Positions 1 to 12,148 of a stretch of DNA of 64,000 bases are shown here, one piece after another. Source of the DNA: Tubiluchus corallicola. Lineage: Eukaryota; Animalia; Priapulida. The position numbers and the translations under genes were made by a program. The DNA is taken from positions 186,001 through 250,000 of the forward strand of contig JAQGDQ010000295.1 in assembly GCA_030141605.1 (NCBI GenBank), in the 5' to 3' direction. The notes under the pieces are model-generated. The model was not told where the DNA came from. It saw only the letters and a program-made list of their open reading frames with translations, and searched no databases. Within the stretch, counting starts at the first letter, position 1, and the number at the start of each line of letters is the position of its first letter.

Positions 1-347
1 CAGTCGACCCTCGTTAAACCGGACCCCGTTAGCCCGGATATCGGATAAGACGGACGTCATCCGTGGCAAAGGAAACTGACCGATTTCCGTCCGAGCCGGA
101 GCGCTAAACACAACACGGCCTACCAACTGTACAATAATTTCTTTATCCTCACATGTTAACTATTTTAAAGTAAGATACAGTATAGTATATAGTGCACAGT
201 ATATAGTGCAATGTATATAGGCCTTATTAAGGTGATTATTCTTGTATGATATAGACCATATATAGGCATATCGGATAAATCGGACAATCGGCTAAACCGG
301 ACCAACCCCCCCTCCCCCCATTAGTCCGGTTTAACGAGGGTTGACTG
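1..347. mobile_element. Tc1/mariner (pogo/Tigger-type) MITE
   Basis: 24-bp TIRs with 1 mismatch: CAGTCGACCCTCGTTAAACCGGAC at 1-24 and GTCCGGTTTAACGAGGGTTGACTG at 324-347, followed by TA; internal CCGGA/TCGGATAA sub-repeats; no ORF. Confidence 0.85.
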
Positions 348-584
348 TATTTTGTTTCTGAAACAAGTTGGCTCGTCAGTTTTCTTGCAAGTTACTGCAA
401 ACTAAGTGAGAACTGCTGAGTGTTCTTGTGCAAAAACTTGCGAAGGGACTTGCAACGCCGTTCACACTTGCGAGTTAACTCTCGGACAGAACTTGTGCAA
501 GAACATGTGAGAAAGCTCTCTAGTCTGAATGTGTCATTATATCTACCCAGCCCGCTTGCACTGTGTCCATTTTCTGTATTTCAG

Positions 585-3500
585 ATTTCAATTGTACAGC
601 TCGAATTGATTAACATCGGTCTGTTCTTTGCCGTGTTTTTTGGGTGAGTACACGAGTGGTTGTAATCTGTCAATTTTAATTGCAGATTTCCTGTCAAGAG
701 TACAGTCTGAACATTAACGTACTGGAATTCTTCATAGTTTTTTTCTGGTAAGTCAAGATAACAATCAAAAAGAAAAAAATGTGCTATTAATCCCAAAAGC
801 CCTTGACCTCTGTCTGATGTTGATCAAAACAGTTCCAAATGAATAAACTAAAACATCTTTAAAGCCTTTACTAGATTTTGCATCATTAAATATGCATAGA
901 TAGAATTAAAATAAAGGTAATTGATGTACAAAAAGCCCTTTTTCAAGTTTTTCATTAAAACAGATATTTTGGAGTCTATTGTGGGCTACCAATATATATA
1001 TGACTTTGAAAAGAAGTTGCATATCGTTAAGTATGTACACTGAAGAAGGATCCGGAATATGGTTTCGAAAATATCTGCTTTCTTTTTGCTAAAATTGTTT
1101 GAATAAAAAACTGCTTGAATGTCCATGTATCTGTCAATTATATCTATTCTAATTCTACAACAGCTTTACAAATTGACTTTCAAGTCTTTTTAAACTAGCA
1201 GCTGCAGCTACATTACATTTTACTGAATAAAATAATGTTAAAAATTGTGAATCATGTAGAGATTTAAGCTGTGACTTATTTAGGACGCATATATTCTGTA
1301 GCCATAATTATGTTTAATTTTATTCTGATAATGCAAAATGTGTTAATGTCGTAAACATCTCCAGAGAGATTGGACACTAATCAGCTAAACCCCTAACTGT
1401 AATTGTTGTATACAGCTAGAAAATAGCAAACTGCTTACAAACAACTGAGATCCAAACTGTTTACAAACATACGAGTTAAACTAGTAACAATACTATAAAT
1501 TAGTAAATCAAAGTTTTCACAAAGTGAGCCACGTGTGTAAGATTTTTAAGTTATCTGAAATGTAGGTTTTTGTGGGTGCTAAGACCTTTTAACTACAGAG
1601 AACATGGCTTAAGCTCTCCTGTATTTCATGCATTGCTTGCACCTCATTAGGGTAGTAGTAACTCCCTCTGTTTTCACGTGCATTTTTTTCTAAACTGAAA
1701 CCCAAGCAGTGCAAATCTGTGGCTTTCTTCCAGTTTTGTTTCCCACTCTCTAAATCGTGTTTGAGGGGGAGGTGTTGATTGTTGTTAACTGTTGTTGATT
1801 GCATTAACTGATCAAAATTAGAATTTTGACTATGTTTAACCAACTATGTGCACAATTTGCTTTAAGTATCATGATTTAATATTTAATAATTATTGCTGTT
1901 TTTAATTTTATTATTTTTGCTTACAGCTGCTTTTTGTCATTGTTGTTGATCTCGGCTATCGTGTGGAAAGTAAAAGACAAATATGAACACTACCGACGTC
2001 GACAGGTAAGACATTGGAACAGGTGAAACGTCCATGTGATGCAAGCTATCTTCCTCCTCTTTTACAATTCACTGCAAATATTATTTGTTGAAAAAGATTC
2101 ACAAACTTATAAATGAAAATGCAATATAAAGATATTTTTAAGTATTTGACATAATTTGTTTAACCTTGACCTTTGACATATGGAGCTGAAGTCAACAGTG
2201 ACCTTGATTAATTTCTTTAACCTTGACCTTTAGACATACTAATCTGAAATCAAGAGTGACTTTGGATACTCTACTCGATGCACGACACTCAGTCAAAATA
2301 ATGTGCTTCATGTAAACAAGTCAACGAACAAAATTGGTTTCTAAGTTTGGTCATGAGGTGAAAGGTCACATATCTCATAACCTACTTTGCTTCCATTTAG
2401 AGAATGGTAATTGAAATGGAAAAGATGGCAAGCCGACCTGTAGGACAGATATTTCTGGAAGTACAAGAAAACCACTTGGGGAAACATGGCATTCCTTTTG
2501 AGGATAACGATAGCGGTTATGCAGAGGTGTCGCCATCAAGATCGACGATATGTTCAAATACTCCATCTCTGGAAAAGGTTTTTGGCTATTTATTTTTGTT
2601 TCACGATTAGGGCAATAAAACTGTGTCAACAATCTTCATTATAATTATTACTCCCAGTAACCAATTATAAACTTGAAACTTTGTTTGGTTTTTTGACCTA
2701 GTCTGTATACCTTAAAGAAAAAAGCTGCAACAAAGTAGAGACTTTCCATTTTTTGGTAATTTATGAATTACATGTATTTTAATAGATTGTCAAATCTATC
2801 TAAGCCTACAAATTCTATTGTTGTAAATGTGAGGTGGCAATATGTTGTACTGATGCACAGATGTGATTACTTGAACAACATTTTACATGTATTATATCAA
2901 TGTCAATTGCATTTTTGCCTTTTAATGCTCTTTTTCTCATTTTTCACAATCCACTTGAGTGAAATAAAAACTGTTTCAGTTCATTTTTAGTCATGTCCAA
3001 CTGTGTCTTCTGGTCTTAGTTTGCAAACACTACATTTTGGTATAGGATGAAAGTAACTTTGAGAAAAGTTTTCAAAATTCGATGTTATTCTGAGTTACTT
3101 TTGTATTTTATTGCACTATTTGCATGTAGAGGTTTTTGATATAGATTGCTAGAGATGTGACTCGTTCACTGTAACAACAATGACAGTAATATACATTCTG
3201 GTGGGCTCTCTCTCCGAACAGTGGTCCTGACCAAGGATTATGGAGGTCATTTAGTGAAACATGTGGAGTGAATGCACCAAACACACCTCCACAGCTGACT
3301 GTGATCACAAAGAAAATTAAAGATATTCAATAAGTGCAATGTCGATTTCACTGTATGAAATTTCTAACACTTGTTTCTTTGCTTTGTGCTGTTGAACAGA
3401 CTCGTATATATTCTAACTTTCCTTCAATTCACATTTCAGCATTCAATGTCAGGCTCATATACTGCATTAGAAATGTGTGCAGACGAATCAGCTGGAATCC

Positions 3501-3685
3501 TTTCAACTGTAATACAATTACCAACGGGCAGGCGACCATATGCACCATACAATCAACCCGGAATCACCTTTGGGTCGACACTTGTGCGAACACGAAAATC
3601 AGCTTCTGGTGCGATTGACGTTTTAACAAAAGACGCTAAAGGAAAAAAGAAAAAGAGTAAAAAAGTGGCTGAAACAAGAACATGA
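585..3685 (+). CDS. ATRN: Attractin / attractin-like 1 (distracted) homolog, last four coding exons (TM helix and cytoplasmic tail)
   Basis: Exons 585-643, 1927-2005, 2401-2577 (donor weaker) and 3440-3685 (TGA), GT-AG and phase-compatible. Translation ISIVQLELINIGLFFAVFFGCFLSLLLISAIVWKVKDKYEHYRRRQRMVIEMEKMASRPV...ALEMCADESAGILSTVIQLPTG...QPGITFGSTLV matches attractin FFSCFLSLLLVAAVVWKIK...MASRPF...IALEPC..KAAVLSVFVRLP. The 5' part lies outside the window. Confidence 0.9.
2159..2267. repeat. Two diverged ~57-bp tandem copies with TAACCTTGACCTTT motif (common invertebrate repeat remnant)
   Basis: ttaaccttgacctttgacata...agtgaccttgat repeated as ttaaccttgacctttagacata...agtgactttggat; a similar motif occurs at about 50131. 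Confidence 0.6.
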
Positions 3686-5869
3686 TTTTTTAGAATTTAT
3701 GTTGTTTGCTTTTATTGTAATTATTACCAACGTTTGTACTTTTACTAATTTACAAAATAAAAATGCACTGGGGGTTTATAATAGATGTGAAATTGCCTCA
3801 AACTGCTTTATTTAAAAACAGTTATGGTTCTAGAGCATTTAACTGTTGTAACACGTCTAGTCTTTATGAGTACATCTTGTTTATGTGAGTTCTTAATTAC
3901 CATAGTGCCAAATGTTGCACACTAATTGTTCTAAAGCCATGATGTTCATTACCAACAGTGTAGACTGTGTATTTAATAGAAAGTAATATCCATGATTTAA
4001 AGTGCCCTTTGTGTAAGTATATTGTTTGATTGTAAATTATAAGTTTTAATGTGAATAAAACAATATATGTTAAAGAGTTATAGTATCCGTCCCCTTAGCT
4101 TCAGGTATGGTAAGTGGCATTAGATTTAATCTTTTTTAAAATTTTGAAGTGGATACTGCTTATAGAGCTTAATAAAAAGAAATGTGAATTAAAATGTGCC
4201 AAAATGATGTATTTCTCTGAATTAGTCTACTATGTTATATATTAACTAGTCCTCGATAGTAGGAATTACTGGTTTGATTTATTTAGGCAACTTATGATAG
4301 CAAAAGTAACTTATTTATCTTGCTTATTATTTTCTGACTGGATGATTATATTTCTTAAGTCATGTATTCATGTTTTATTAGTTTTGAATACCAACGAAAT
4401 TGTGCTGTGATTTTTTTACTGATACGTACGGTGACTTAATGATGGTGCTGAGATTTTAGTGAAGATTTAATTTCTGTGAATAAGGAATTTGTTGTGTTAC
4501 AACGGTAAATTATAACTTTATGTCTAATCCCAGAAATGTGTAGTCAATCGTAATTTCTGTGATAAGCATTTTTATGACCATTATTTTGTAAAATTTAGGC
4601 CGCGGTTTATCAAAGAGGTCCGATGCACGGTAATACAAGTCAGCTTAAGACCAACTCAGTAACTGACAATAGCTGAAGTCACTTGTTGTGCGTGATACAG
4701 ATAGAAAATGAAAATCTGCTAGGGGCGTGGTGATATCAAAATGCAACATCTGCCACAACCAGTGAATAATTAGTAACAGAAACTTATATTCTTGAAAAAA
4801 ACATACAGACCTGCCAACTCTCATGCATTAATCGTGTGTCACGCATTTTAGATCTTTCACACACACCAAATTTCAGTTCACAAGCAATATTTCCCAACTT
4901 CATACGTAAGTTTGCAAATCGCTGGCTTCCTTTGTCCTCAATACCAACCACTTCACAATTAGTAGTACTACTATCAAGTAGTGTTCAAGAGTCTCACGAT
5001 GTATATTGCACTAAAGGGTATTACAGTTATTGAAAATTTAGCACTTTTGGGTGCTATTGAGCTTTTTCATGTGTACAAGAACATATTTATATATAAAGCA
5101 CAGTGAACTGCAATAGTAGCATAAGAAAGTTTCATGTCTTTTGCCTTCATTTTTAGCAATTTGATTTTGATATCGAAAAAATGCAAACATTTCTGGGGCA
5201 TAATTGGCCTCCTGGATCCTTACAGGTAACGAGATGCTCCCCGGGCTTCTACATTTCATGCTCATATTTACATCAAATGGTTGTCAGATCTGAATGCGTG
5301 CAGCCTACCATATACATAATTTTTTTAGCATTGCAATTTGCAAAACTGATCTATTCCTGCCATTGATATTTCAGTTACTAGTAATCAAAAGACCGTGGTT
5401 TTGTTAGTTGTCTGTTTCTTATGCTAAATCAAAACATCATATGCTCGTTACACTAAAAGGATTATTGTGTTTTTGTACAATCTTTGCAGTTACTCATTTG
5501 GCCTTTAAGATACATATTACTGTACAGTTCAGAGCCCTATGATATAGTTCACAGTTTTTCTCAGGAATTTATTTTTATTAACTAATTATTTATAATTATT
5601 GTGTTTAGATTATTCATCAATTAAAGAACAAGCCATAATTATTAGGTTATTCAAATTATGAAAAAGAAAATGCATGAAAAGCTGGGACTGAGTTTGGACT
5701 TAAACCAGAGACCTTTGGATTATCAGAAGGCTGGACTACACATCCTCTTGTTAACTAATCTAATTGGGTAATGATAGGTTCTCGTGTGAGTAAACTCATT
5801 CATGGAAAGGTTGGATTGGTCAGTAAACCATCAGGACTGAATTAAGACTTGCTATGTTCTCAAGGGTGT

Positions 5870-5945
5870 GTGTGTGGTATAGCGGGTTATGGCATTGAAC
5901 TTGCAGTCAAAAGGTCACTTGTTCAAATCCAGCTGTCCTGGCTTT
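5870..5945 (+). mobile_element. tRNA-derived SINE-like head
   Basis: A-box-like TGGTATAGCGG and B-box-like GTTCAAATCC; no intact cloverleaf. Confidence 0.55.
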
Positions 5946-7132
5946 TTAATATCTCCTCTGTTTTGGTTAAGTCTGGCTTCAAAAATTTAAGAACTGTGGT
6001 TGTACGTCATTATTTTTCCAAAGCTTTGCAACAATAAAAATTTGTAAAAGTGTCTTAGTGAGATGAACTTGTAAAATGCATTTATAAAGTACAGTATATT
6101 CTTATAAAAAGTTAATTGCTCATACCAATGTGTACATACCATATAGAAATTGCCATTGGGACTAACTTAAGGCAATGGTGTAATTCTGTATAAAGTACAA
6201 TGGCTAGACAAGGGGCACATTAAAACCAGCTAAAGTAAGTTTCATAAAAGTATTGATTTTTTGTTTCATTTCATTTGTTTATAAGGGATTATCTATAAAA
6301 GTTTACAAGACCAACTCTACTGCTCAAATAGTCAAAAATAACTACACTTACTCTCTCTATATATACATACATATACATGTATATCCATATAGGTAGCACA
6401 ACAGTACAATGAAATGAGTTTCAAGGGACCATGAAAGTACTATGTTGTCCTACCTATTCATTGAGTAAATTGCATTTCATACTTGCCAGTGCTCATTTAA
6501 AAGCTCTAAGATATAGTACAAAACTTCACATTAGTTTCAGAGCCAGACATTTCACATAAAACTGATTAGACAATAAAATTACAGTAACAAGAACAGTAAA
6601 CCGAATGGCACAACGTATATTTGTTCATATTTACAATACAATTTGAACATGTTGTACGTAATTAAATGTAATAGCAGTAGCACTTTAATTATACACAGTT
6701 ACTCAAATGCTCATAGTAATTATGGACAAGCTAGCATAAAAATATGTACAACATATGCATATAATCACATGTAAAATGTATGATTATACATTTTATGATT
6801 ATTGTATAATGTACAATACAATATAAGACAGTCACCATACATGCATGATTATCCTGAAAGACTGAATCACAGTAAACTGTAAACTCGCGATCACTCTGGG
6901 GACTGAAAAATTCGTTACAGTTATGCGAAAGTACGAACTAGAAGATGTTCATAAGAAAACGAAATCGAGTCGCTTATCAAGTTCGGGCACTATACAGCCT
7001 GTAAAAATGACAAACTGAGCCTTTAATCAAATGAAATATCAAACAATTTTTATGAATAATCAAAAATAAAATGACTGCTCCACTTCTATTGTAATCGGAG
7101 TAGCATGGTTAATAAAACTCGGCAATAATATA

Positions 7133-7795
7133 TGTGTGCTTGCATAGCAAAATCATCCATAAGTCGGCAATTAAATGTTTCTAGTTATTCACATATCCTG
7201 AATCTTCATTTCATAAGGATTATTTTGATACCAAGATCATCACTCTATGTTATTTCTAAGCCGAGGTAATCCATGTTGAAGTTGAGGTGCATGCTATGCA
7301 CTGAAAAACATAATCTTGAGAAAATCCCTGTCAAAGTTAGCCATTGTTCTTTGTCACATTTCTACAAAACATTTAGCAACCGCACAAATGTTGGTTGCTA
7401 AGCACTTTGCAAGAGCACATTGAGGTTATGTTTAAATCCAGTAGATGGCTCTTCCTGATGAAGATCTGGGATTGGCAACAGAAAAAACCGGAAGCAAAAT
7501 TACTGCTTCCACGAGCTACTACCAGAGTTTGAAAATACAAGTTTTTCTCATTTGTAATACCAGTTTCTAGCCAGAGAAGTGGGTACGGGGTTATAAAATC
7601 AGATTCTTACTATTTTTTGAACATTTTCTTGATAATATGATGCTAGGATATAGAAGTCCAAACAAGTAGCAGTTGTTTTTACATAAAACAAAAATATTTA
7701 CATTTGAGCAAATTTTTGATGCATTCTACTTTGAAGCATCATAACGTAGTTTTAACTATGCCGACTTATGGACGGTTTTGGTTTGCAAGCACACA
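7133..7795. mobile_element. Non-autonomous DNA transposon with ~45-bp imperfect TIRs
   Basis: Left TGTGTGCTTGCATAGCAAAATCATCCATAAGTCGGCA pairs with right TGCCGACTTATGGACGGTTTTGGTTTGCAAGCACACA; TA (or ATAT) flanks on both sides. Confidence 0.7.
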
Positions 7796-8137
7796 TATTG
7801 TGATCTACATTACACCATGTTCGTTAAGCTATTGTGTACAGTGTTCTGCTAAGGTAATACAACGAACAATCTTAGCATTTTTGATGAAACTAGCAGTTAC
7901 AATCATAATGTGGTACACACTGTCACATAGGATTTCTCGTTTTAATAGGCTGTTCAAGATAGGCAAGGTAATTTCAGTCAGATTTTTAAGAATTGTACCA
8001 GAAATTCGGTTTGAGCCCGTGATAATGCGAATTACAGATTTTGACTTGTGCAATGTTTAGTAAAGGGAAAAACGAAAAGGAAAATTCGTTCCACAAGAAA
8101 CCACAGCAAATTTCCTAAATGTCCATCATTAACAATG

Positions 8138-11017
8138 TTAACTATACGCTAACGAGGTATTAACTACCCGTTTGTCCGCGTCATTGTGAGCGACACCTGT
8201 CACTCCTTCACTAGCTTCCTCACATTCTGAAAGATTCTTGAGCCTTTTTTCACTAGATTCCTTTTGCAAAGACAATTTTCGTTTCTTTGCAGATGAATTT
8301 AACATCGAGCTAGCTGTGCCATCTGCCACTGTTCCAGCTCTGAGAATGTTTACTGCTTTTTGCACGTGTTGCTTTGCATTTTGTAATGCAGTTTTGTCGC
8401 GACAGTTCTGTGCGAGAGCACTCGCCTCCTCAATAGCAGAGCAAAGGAGGGCCTGATATTTTTTCACTTTTGCCTTATTACGCACAGGTACCGCGCCAGT
8501 ATCCGTACCAGGGTTAAGTTCGTGATTTATGTGAGCATCTTTTGTTGCTACAAGAATGTAAAACCTTCGTAGTGACCTTACTTCTCTCTGTTCAATGGCT
8601 GTTTTTAATTTGTCCAGTCTATCTTGTCGAATTTGCCTTTGTTTCCACTTAGTCAATTTATCTGATACCCACGCACAGTAGTCAGGGTACAGTTCTATTT
8701 CCCGAATTTTTAGGCAAGCAGGGCAACCTTTTTTGATAGAATTCTGCCGCGGAGTTCGTCTCTCTTGGCTCTCAATGCAAGTAAGCTTATCCCCATTTTC
8801 CTTGTTATTTTTCCGCATTGAATGTTTATCGATTCCATACAAACACTGTTTATGAACTGTGCTCTGCAATGTAAATGGCACACCCGTATAAGGAATACGT
8901 ACAATGCCCAAATTGCTTTCCCACAGGAATTTTCCAGATACTGAATATCGCTGTTTTGTGGCTTTTGACTGACAATTTCTTTGCTGTCGACTTATGACAC
9001 AGTATTTTGCCCCAGTTTCTCTATACAAATCCTCCTCAAATTTTTCAAGGTTATCCTTTCCATCTATGTAACCTGTAAATTTTATACATACACACTAATA
9101 TAAAATAAGTTATCGTATTCAAATGAACTAAGTACTGGGTGTCAAGAAATGATAGCCCCATTGTAGTTAAAAGTAATCACAAGTAACCATAAATGTATTT
9201 TTTAATATTTTAATTAATTTTTTAATGTGGTTTTTAAAGCTTTTTCTACCCCTTATTGTCAGAAATATAAAATAAATGAAGTTCTTGAAGGAAAGTGTTT
9301 TGGCACCATTCCCATTGAAAAACCAGTACAAATCGTTCTCTGTCCATTTGTGTTCCCTTGAGCTATGAATAATGGTATTATTGCACGTTAAGACAAGTGT
9401 TCTTTACTCAAAATTTAATGTTTTTTCTCAAAAGTTTTGTCGGTTTTTACCTACTCTTTTTGTTTTTTTCCTGACACCCCTTAATACTTTAACAGTTTGT
9501 GCAAAAGTATATACTTGCATTTATGCTTTAATAATGATTGTGATAAGAAATTTAGTTTGCCATCATGTTCAAAGAAATTTGGATAACTTTCTTTTTGGTA
9601 TTTTTTCTTCACAACCTGATTCTTCCAGGTATTTTTTATATTAGGCTTCATATTTTCTAAGAGTTTAGTAGAGTATTCTTTTCACTATATCCTAATATTT
9701 TTCCTTTTGCAAGCATTCTGCAAACCGCTCACCATCCATTTTTTATTATTACGGATTTCTACTTCATTAATTTCTTTACCAGGACAGTGTTGGTTAAAAA
9801 GTGAACAAAACTTATGTAAAAACAGCTCCTAACTGACATTTGCATCATCATTACAATATTATAGCATCCCAATTTACTGCTAATAAAGCTTCTTTAAAAG
9901 CTGTAATTGTTTCATCATTTATGCATCGTTTAATCTTAGTCCTACATTTTCTTTCTCCGTTTACAGCGTTTTCACTAAGAATACCTTTAAAAATTGTAAA
10001 CACTAGTAAGTGGTCACTAACGTCTTGCAACAGAAGCCCACTTATTAATTTATCATCAAGACGTTTGTTAAGATATTATCAATAAAATGTTATCAGTATG
10101 ATAGCTCAAACTGCTTAGAAGCAATTTTATTGAATCTCATTAACTTTACTACTAAATTTTTTATCTGAAACCGTTAATGTTAAACATATGATTGCGTAAA
10201 AGTTTTAACCCCAGCTGCAGTAAACCGTGCACTGCATCAAGGGCTTCCAAACAGTTATGAACAAATTTGAAAATTTTATGCAAGTCACACAATTTATCAA
10301 GGTAGGCCTAAAAAATGCGTACTCCACTATTTAGCTACACGTTTCTTTTCCCCGAAGCACAGTTTTTTGATGTCTTTAGACAAAATCAGATTAAGTGAAA
10401 CAGGGCAATCAACTTAGGACCACATACCGCCCTAGAGTTTATAAGGCAACTCTTGTGTTGTCTAGAAAGGTGCATCATATAAAAATCACCAAATACAGTT
10501 ATACTACATATGCAATACAGTTGGCGAAAGGATGATCTGTCACGGGAACAGACACCTATTTAAAGATTTTGAATTTTAAAGCAACGATTTAACCAAAATT
10601 TACTCATTTATATAGCTTCAATTTAGTAATCAGTTTCATGACATATTTGTATTACGTCTAACATGTAACCCCAGCTATAATGTAATAAATTATTTTTTAG
10701 TGGCTTCAGTGTATCTGTCATGATCTCTACCAATGATTATGCATAAATGGATCGTGGACCAGTATGGTTCTTTTGAATACGCATTATATCTTTTATACTC
10801 TAATAGGTAATAAACTTTCATAGACACTTCATTTGAAGAATAAAGATAATTATAATTTATATATAACAACTGGGACTTCACCTTTCAAATAATTGCCTTG
10901 TCGACTAACAGCACGAAGCTGCTTAAAACAATTAGGAATTTCACATTTGGTTCTGATCTCACATTGAGGTGATTCTGGCATCTTTACCACCTGCCCTGTG
11001 TAGATCATCCACATCAT
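8138..11017 (-). CDS. CARF: CaRF-like (calcium-responsive transcription factor / ALS2CR8 domain) protein, about 344-356 aa, two coding exons
   Basis: Exon 1 runs from 11017 (or ATG at 10981) to 10882 with donor AAG|GTGAAG; exon 2 is 9072-8138 with acceptor TTTACAG; phases are compatible. Protein: CFKQLRAVSRQGNYLKGYIDG...IPYTGVPFT...QCLYG...KKGCPACLKIREIELYPDY...RRFYILVATKDAHINHEL, colinear with CaRF motifs GDSYRGYC / VPYDGIPFV / ECQYG / KATCPARIYIKKVQKFPEY / RWYVQLPTQQAHQYHEL. May be a paralog rather than the true ortholog. Confidence 0.8.
9400..10190 (-). mobile_element. Decayed CR1/L2-clade LINE ORF2 fragment inside the CaRF-like intron
   Basis: Minus strand near 9990-10045 reads SGLLLQDVSDHLLVFTIF (APE endonuclease SDH motif); downstream NIKNTWK-like motif; many stops and frameshifts. 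Boundaries approximate. Confidence 0.6.
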
Positions 11018-11155
11018 TTATTTAATCGCTGAACTCAAAGCTCTCACTACATAAACAACAAAGAATTTTGGTAAAAAGAAATTCCTTCTACTTTCCTTTG
11101 AATTTTAGCAATTTTATTACTCTAAATTACTCTCGGGACTCACAGATAGTTATAC

Positions 11156-12114
11156 TGTAGGGCGCTGAGTAATCCACTAGCCGAAGTAGGACACTTTCGG
11201 TAAAGCGCATGTGCAAAATTTGCGGAAAAGTTGTGTCGTATATGGCACCCCAAGTAGGGCACTCGCGATTTTTGTCGACAATCGATAATTATGATGACAT
11301 AATAAAGCATAAAACTGAATTTGTTTTACAGAAAAATTAACTTTATAATAATGATGGATGACTATTTACAAAATTAATGTGTTTTTACAATAGTATCAGC
11401 AGTATTATTAGCTCCATTAAAATCATCATATTGAACTAAAGTACCTATTGCTTTAAAGAGAGAAACAGTACTATGCACACAGTTATTACAGAAATAATTG
11501 CAAGTTTAAAAATGAGATAGATGCTGCTAAGCCTTCATAACACGAAAAGGTAATTTTTAACTTTTTAGAAAGAGCAAAGACATTTAGTTTTGATAATATC
11601 AATAATATTGTAACATGTAGAGAACTGTCGCACATGGCTTGCTAGCCCATAGGTCGCTAGAACATTTACTTATTAGAAAACACTTATTTGTCCAACAAGT
11701 AGTGAAACGGATCACCTACCTGTGAAGCGAGATAAAATAAAAAATTATATACTGTACCTTAAACAAATGCCGAAAACGCCTAAACAGTGGGTTTATTTCA
11801 CTTTAACAATATTAATATCGAAGCCAAATTTAATATTCTCAGTTCAACCAGCTCAGAATAAAATTCTTTTATTTCATCAGATGAATAATGAATTATTTGA
11901 CGTTTTAAATTATTATTATTATTACATAAACAAGGACAACGGACGGTGCCAGTACGCTTAACAACTCAATTCGCGACCTGTTTCTAGTGTCCTACTTATG
12001 CAGCCCATGTACGACACGTCAGACTTGGGCTAGCCCATGTACGACGCGTCCTACTTGGGCTAGCCCATGTAGGCCAATTGTCCTACTTCGGCAAATGGAT
12101 TACTCGGCCCAACA
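11156..12114 (+). mobile_element. Complete non-autonomous TIR element (Ginger-like: TGT...ACA ends, 4-bp TSD), copy A
   Basis: Left TIR TGTAGGGCGCTGAGTAATCCACTAGCCGAAGTAGGACA; right end TGTCCTACTTCGGCAAATGGATTACTCGGCCCAACA; ATAC directly repeated at 11152-11155 and 12115-12118. Confidence 0.8.
11987..12090. repeat. Subterminal ~30-bp tandem repeats of copy A
   Basis: About 3.5 copies of GTCCTACTTGGGCTAGCCCATGTACGACGC; two contain the intact palindrome GGGCTAGCCC. Confidence 0.8.
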
Positions 12115-12148
12115 ATACATTAAAACGCACTGTAGTAAAACTTCCCTA

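Noticed and set aside
11987-12090. CRISPR-like array of 30-bp palindromic repeats
   Set aside because: Repeats are directly tandem without unique spacers, lie inside a TIR element in eukaryotic DNA, and there are no cas genes.
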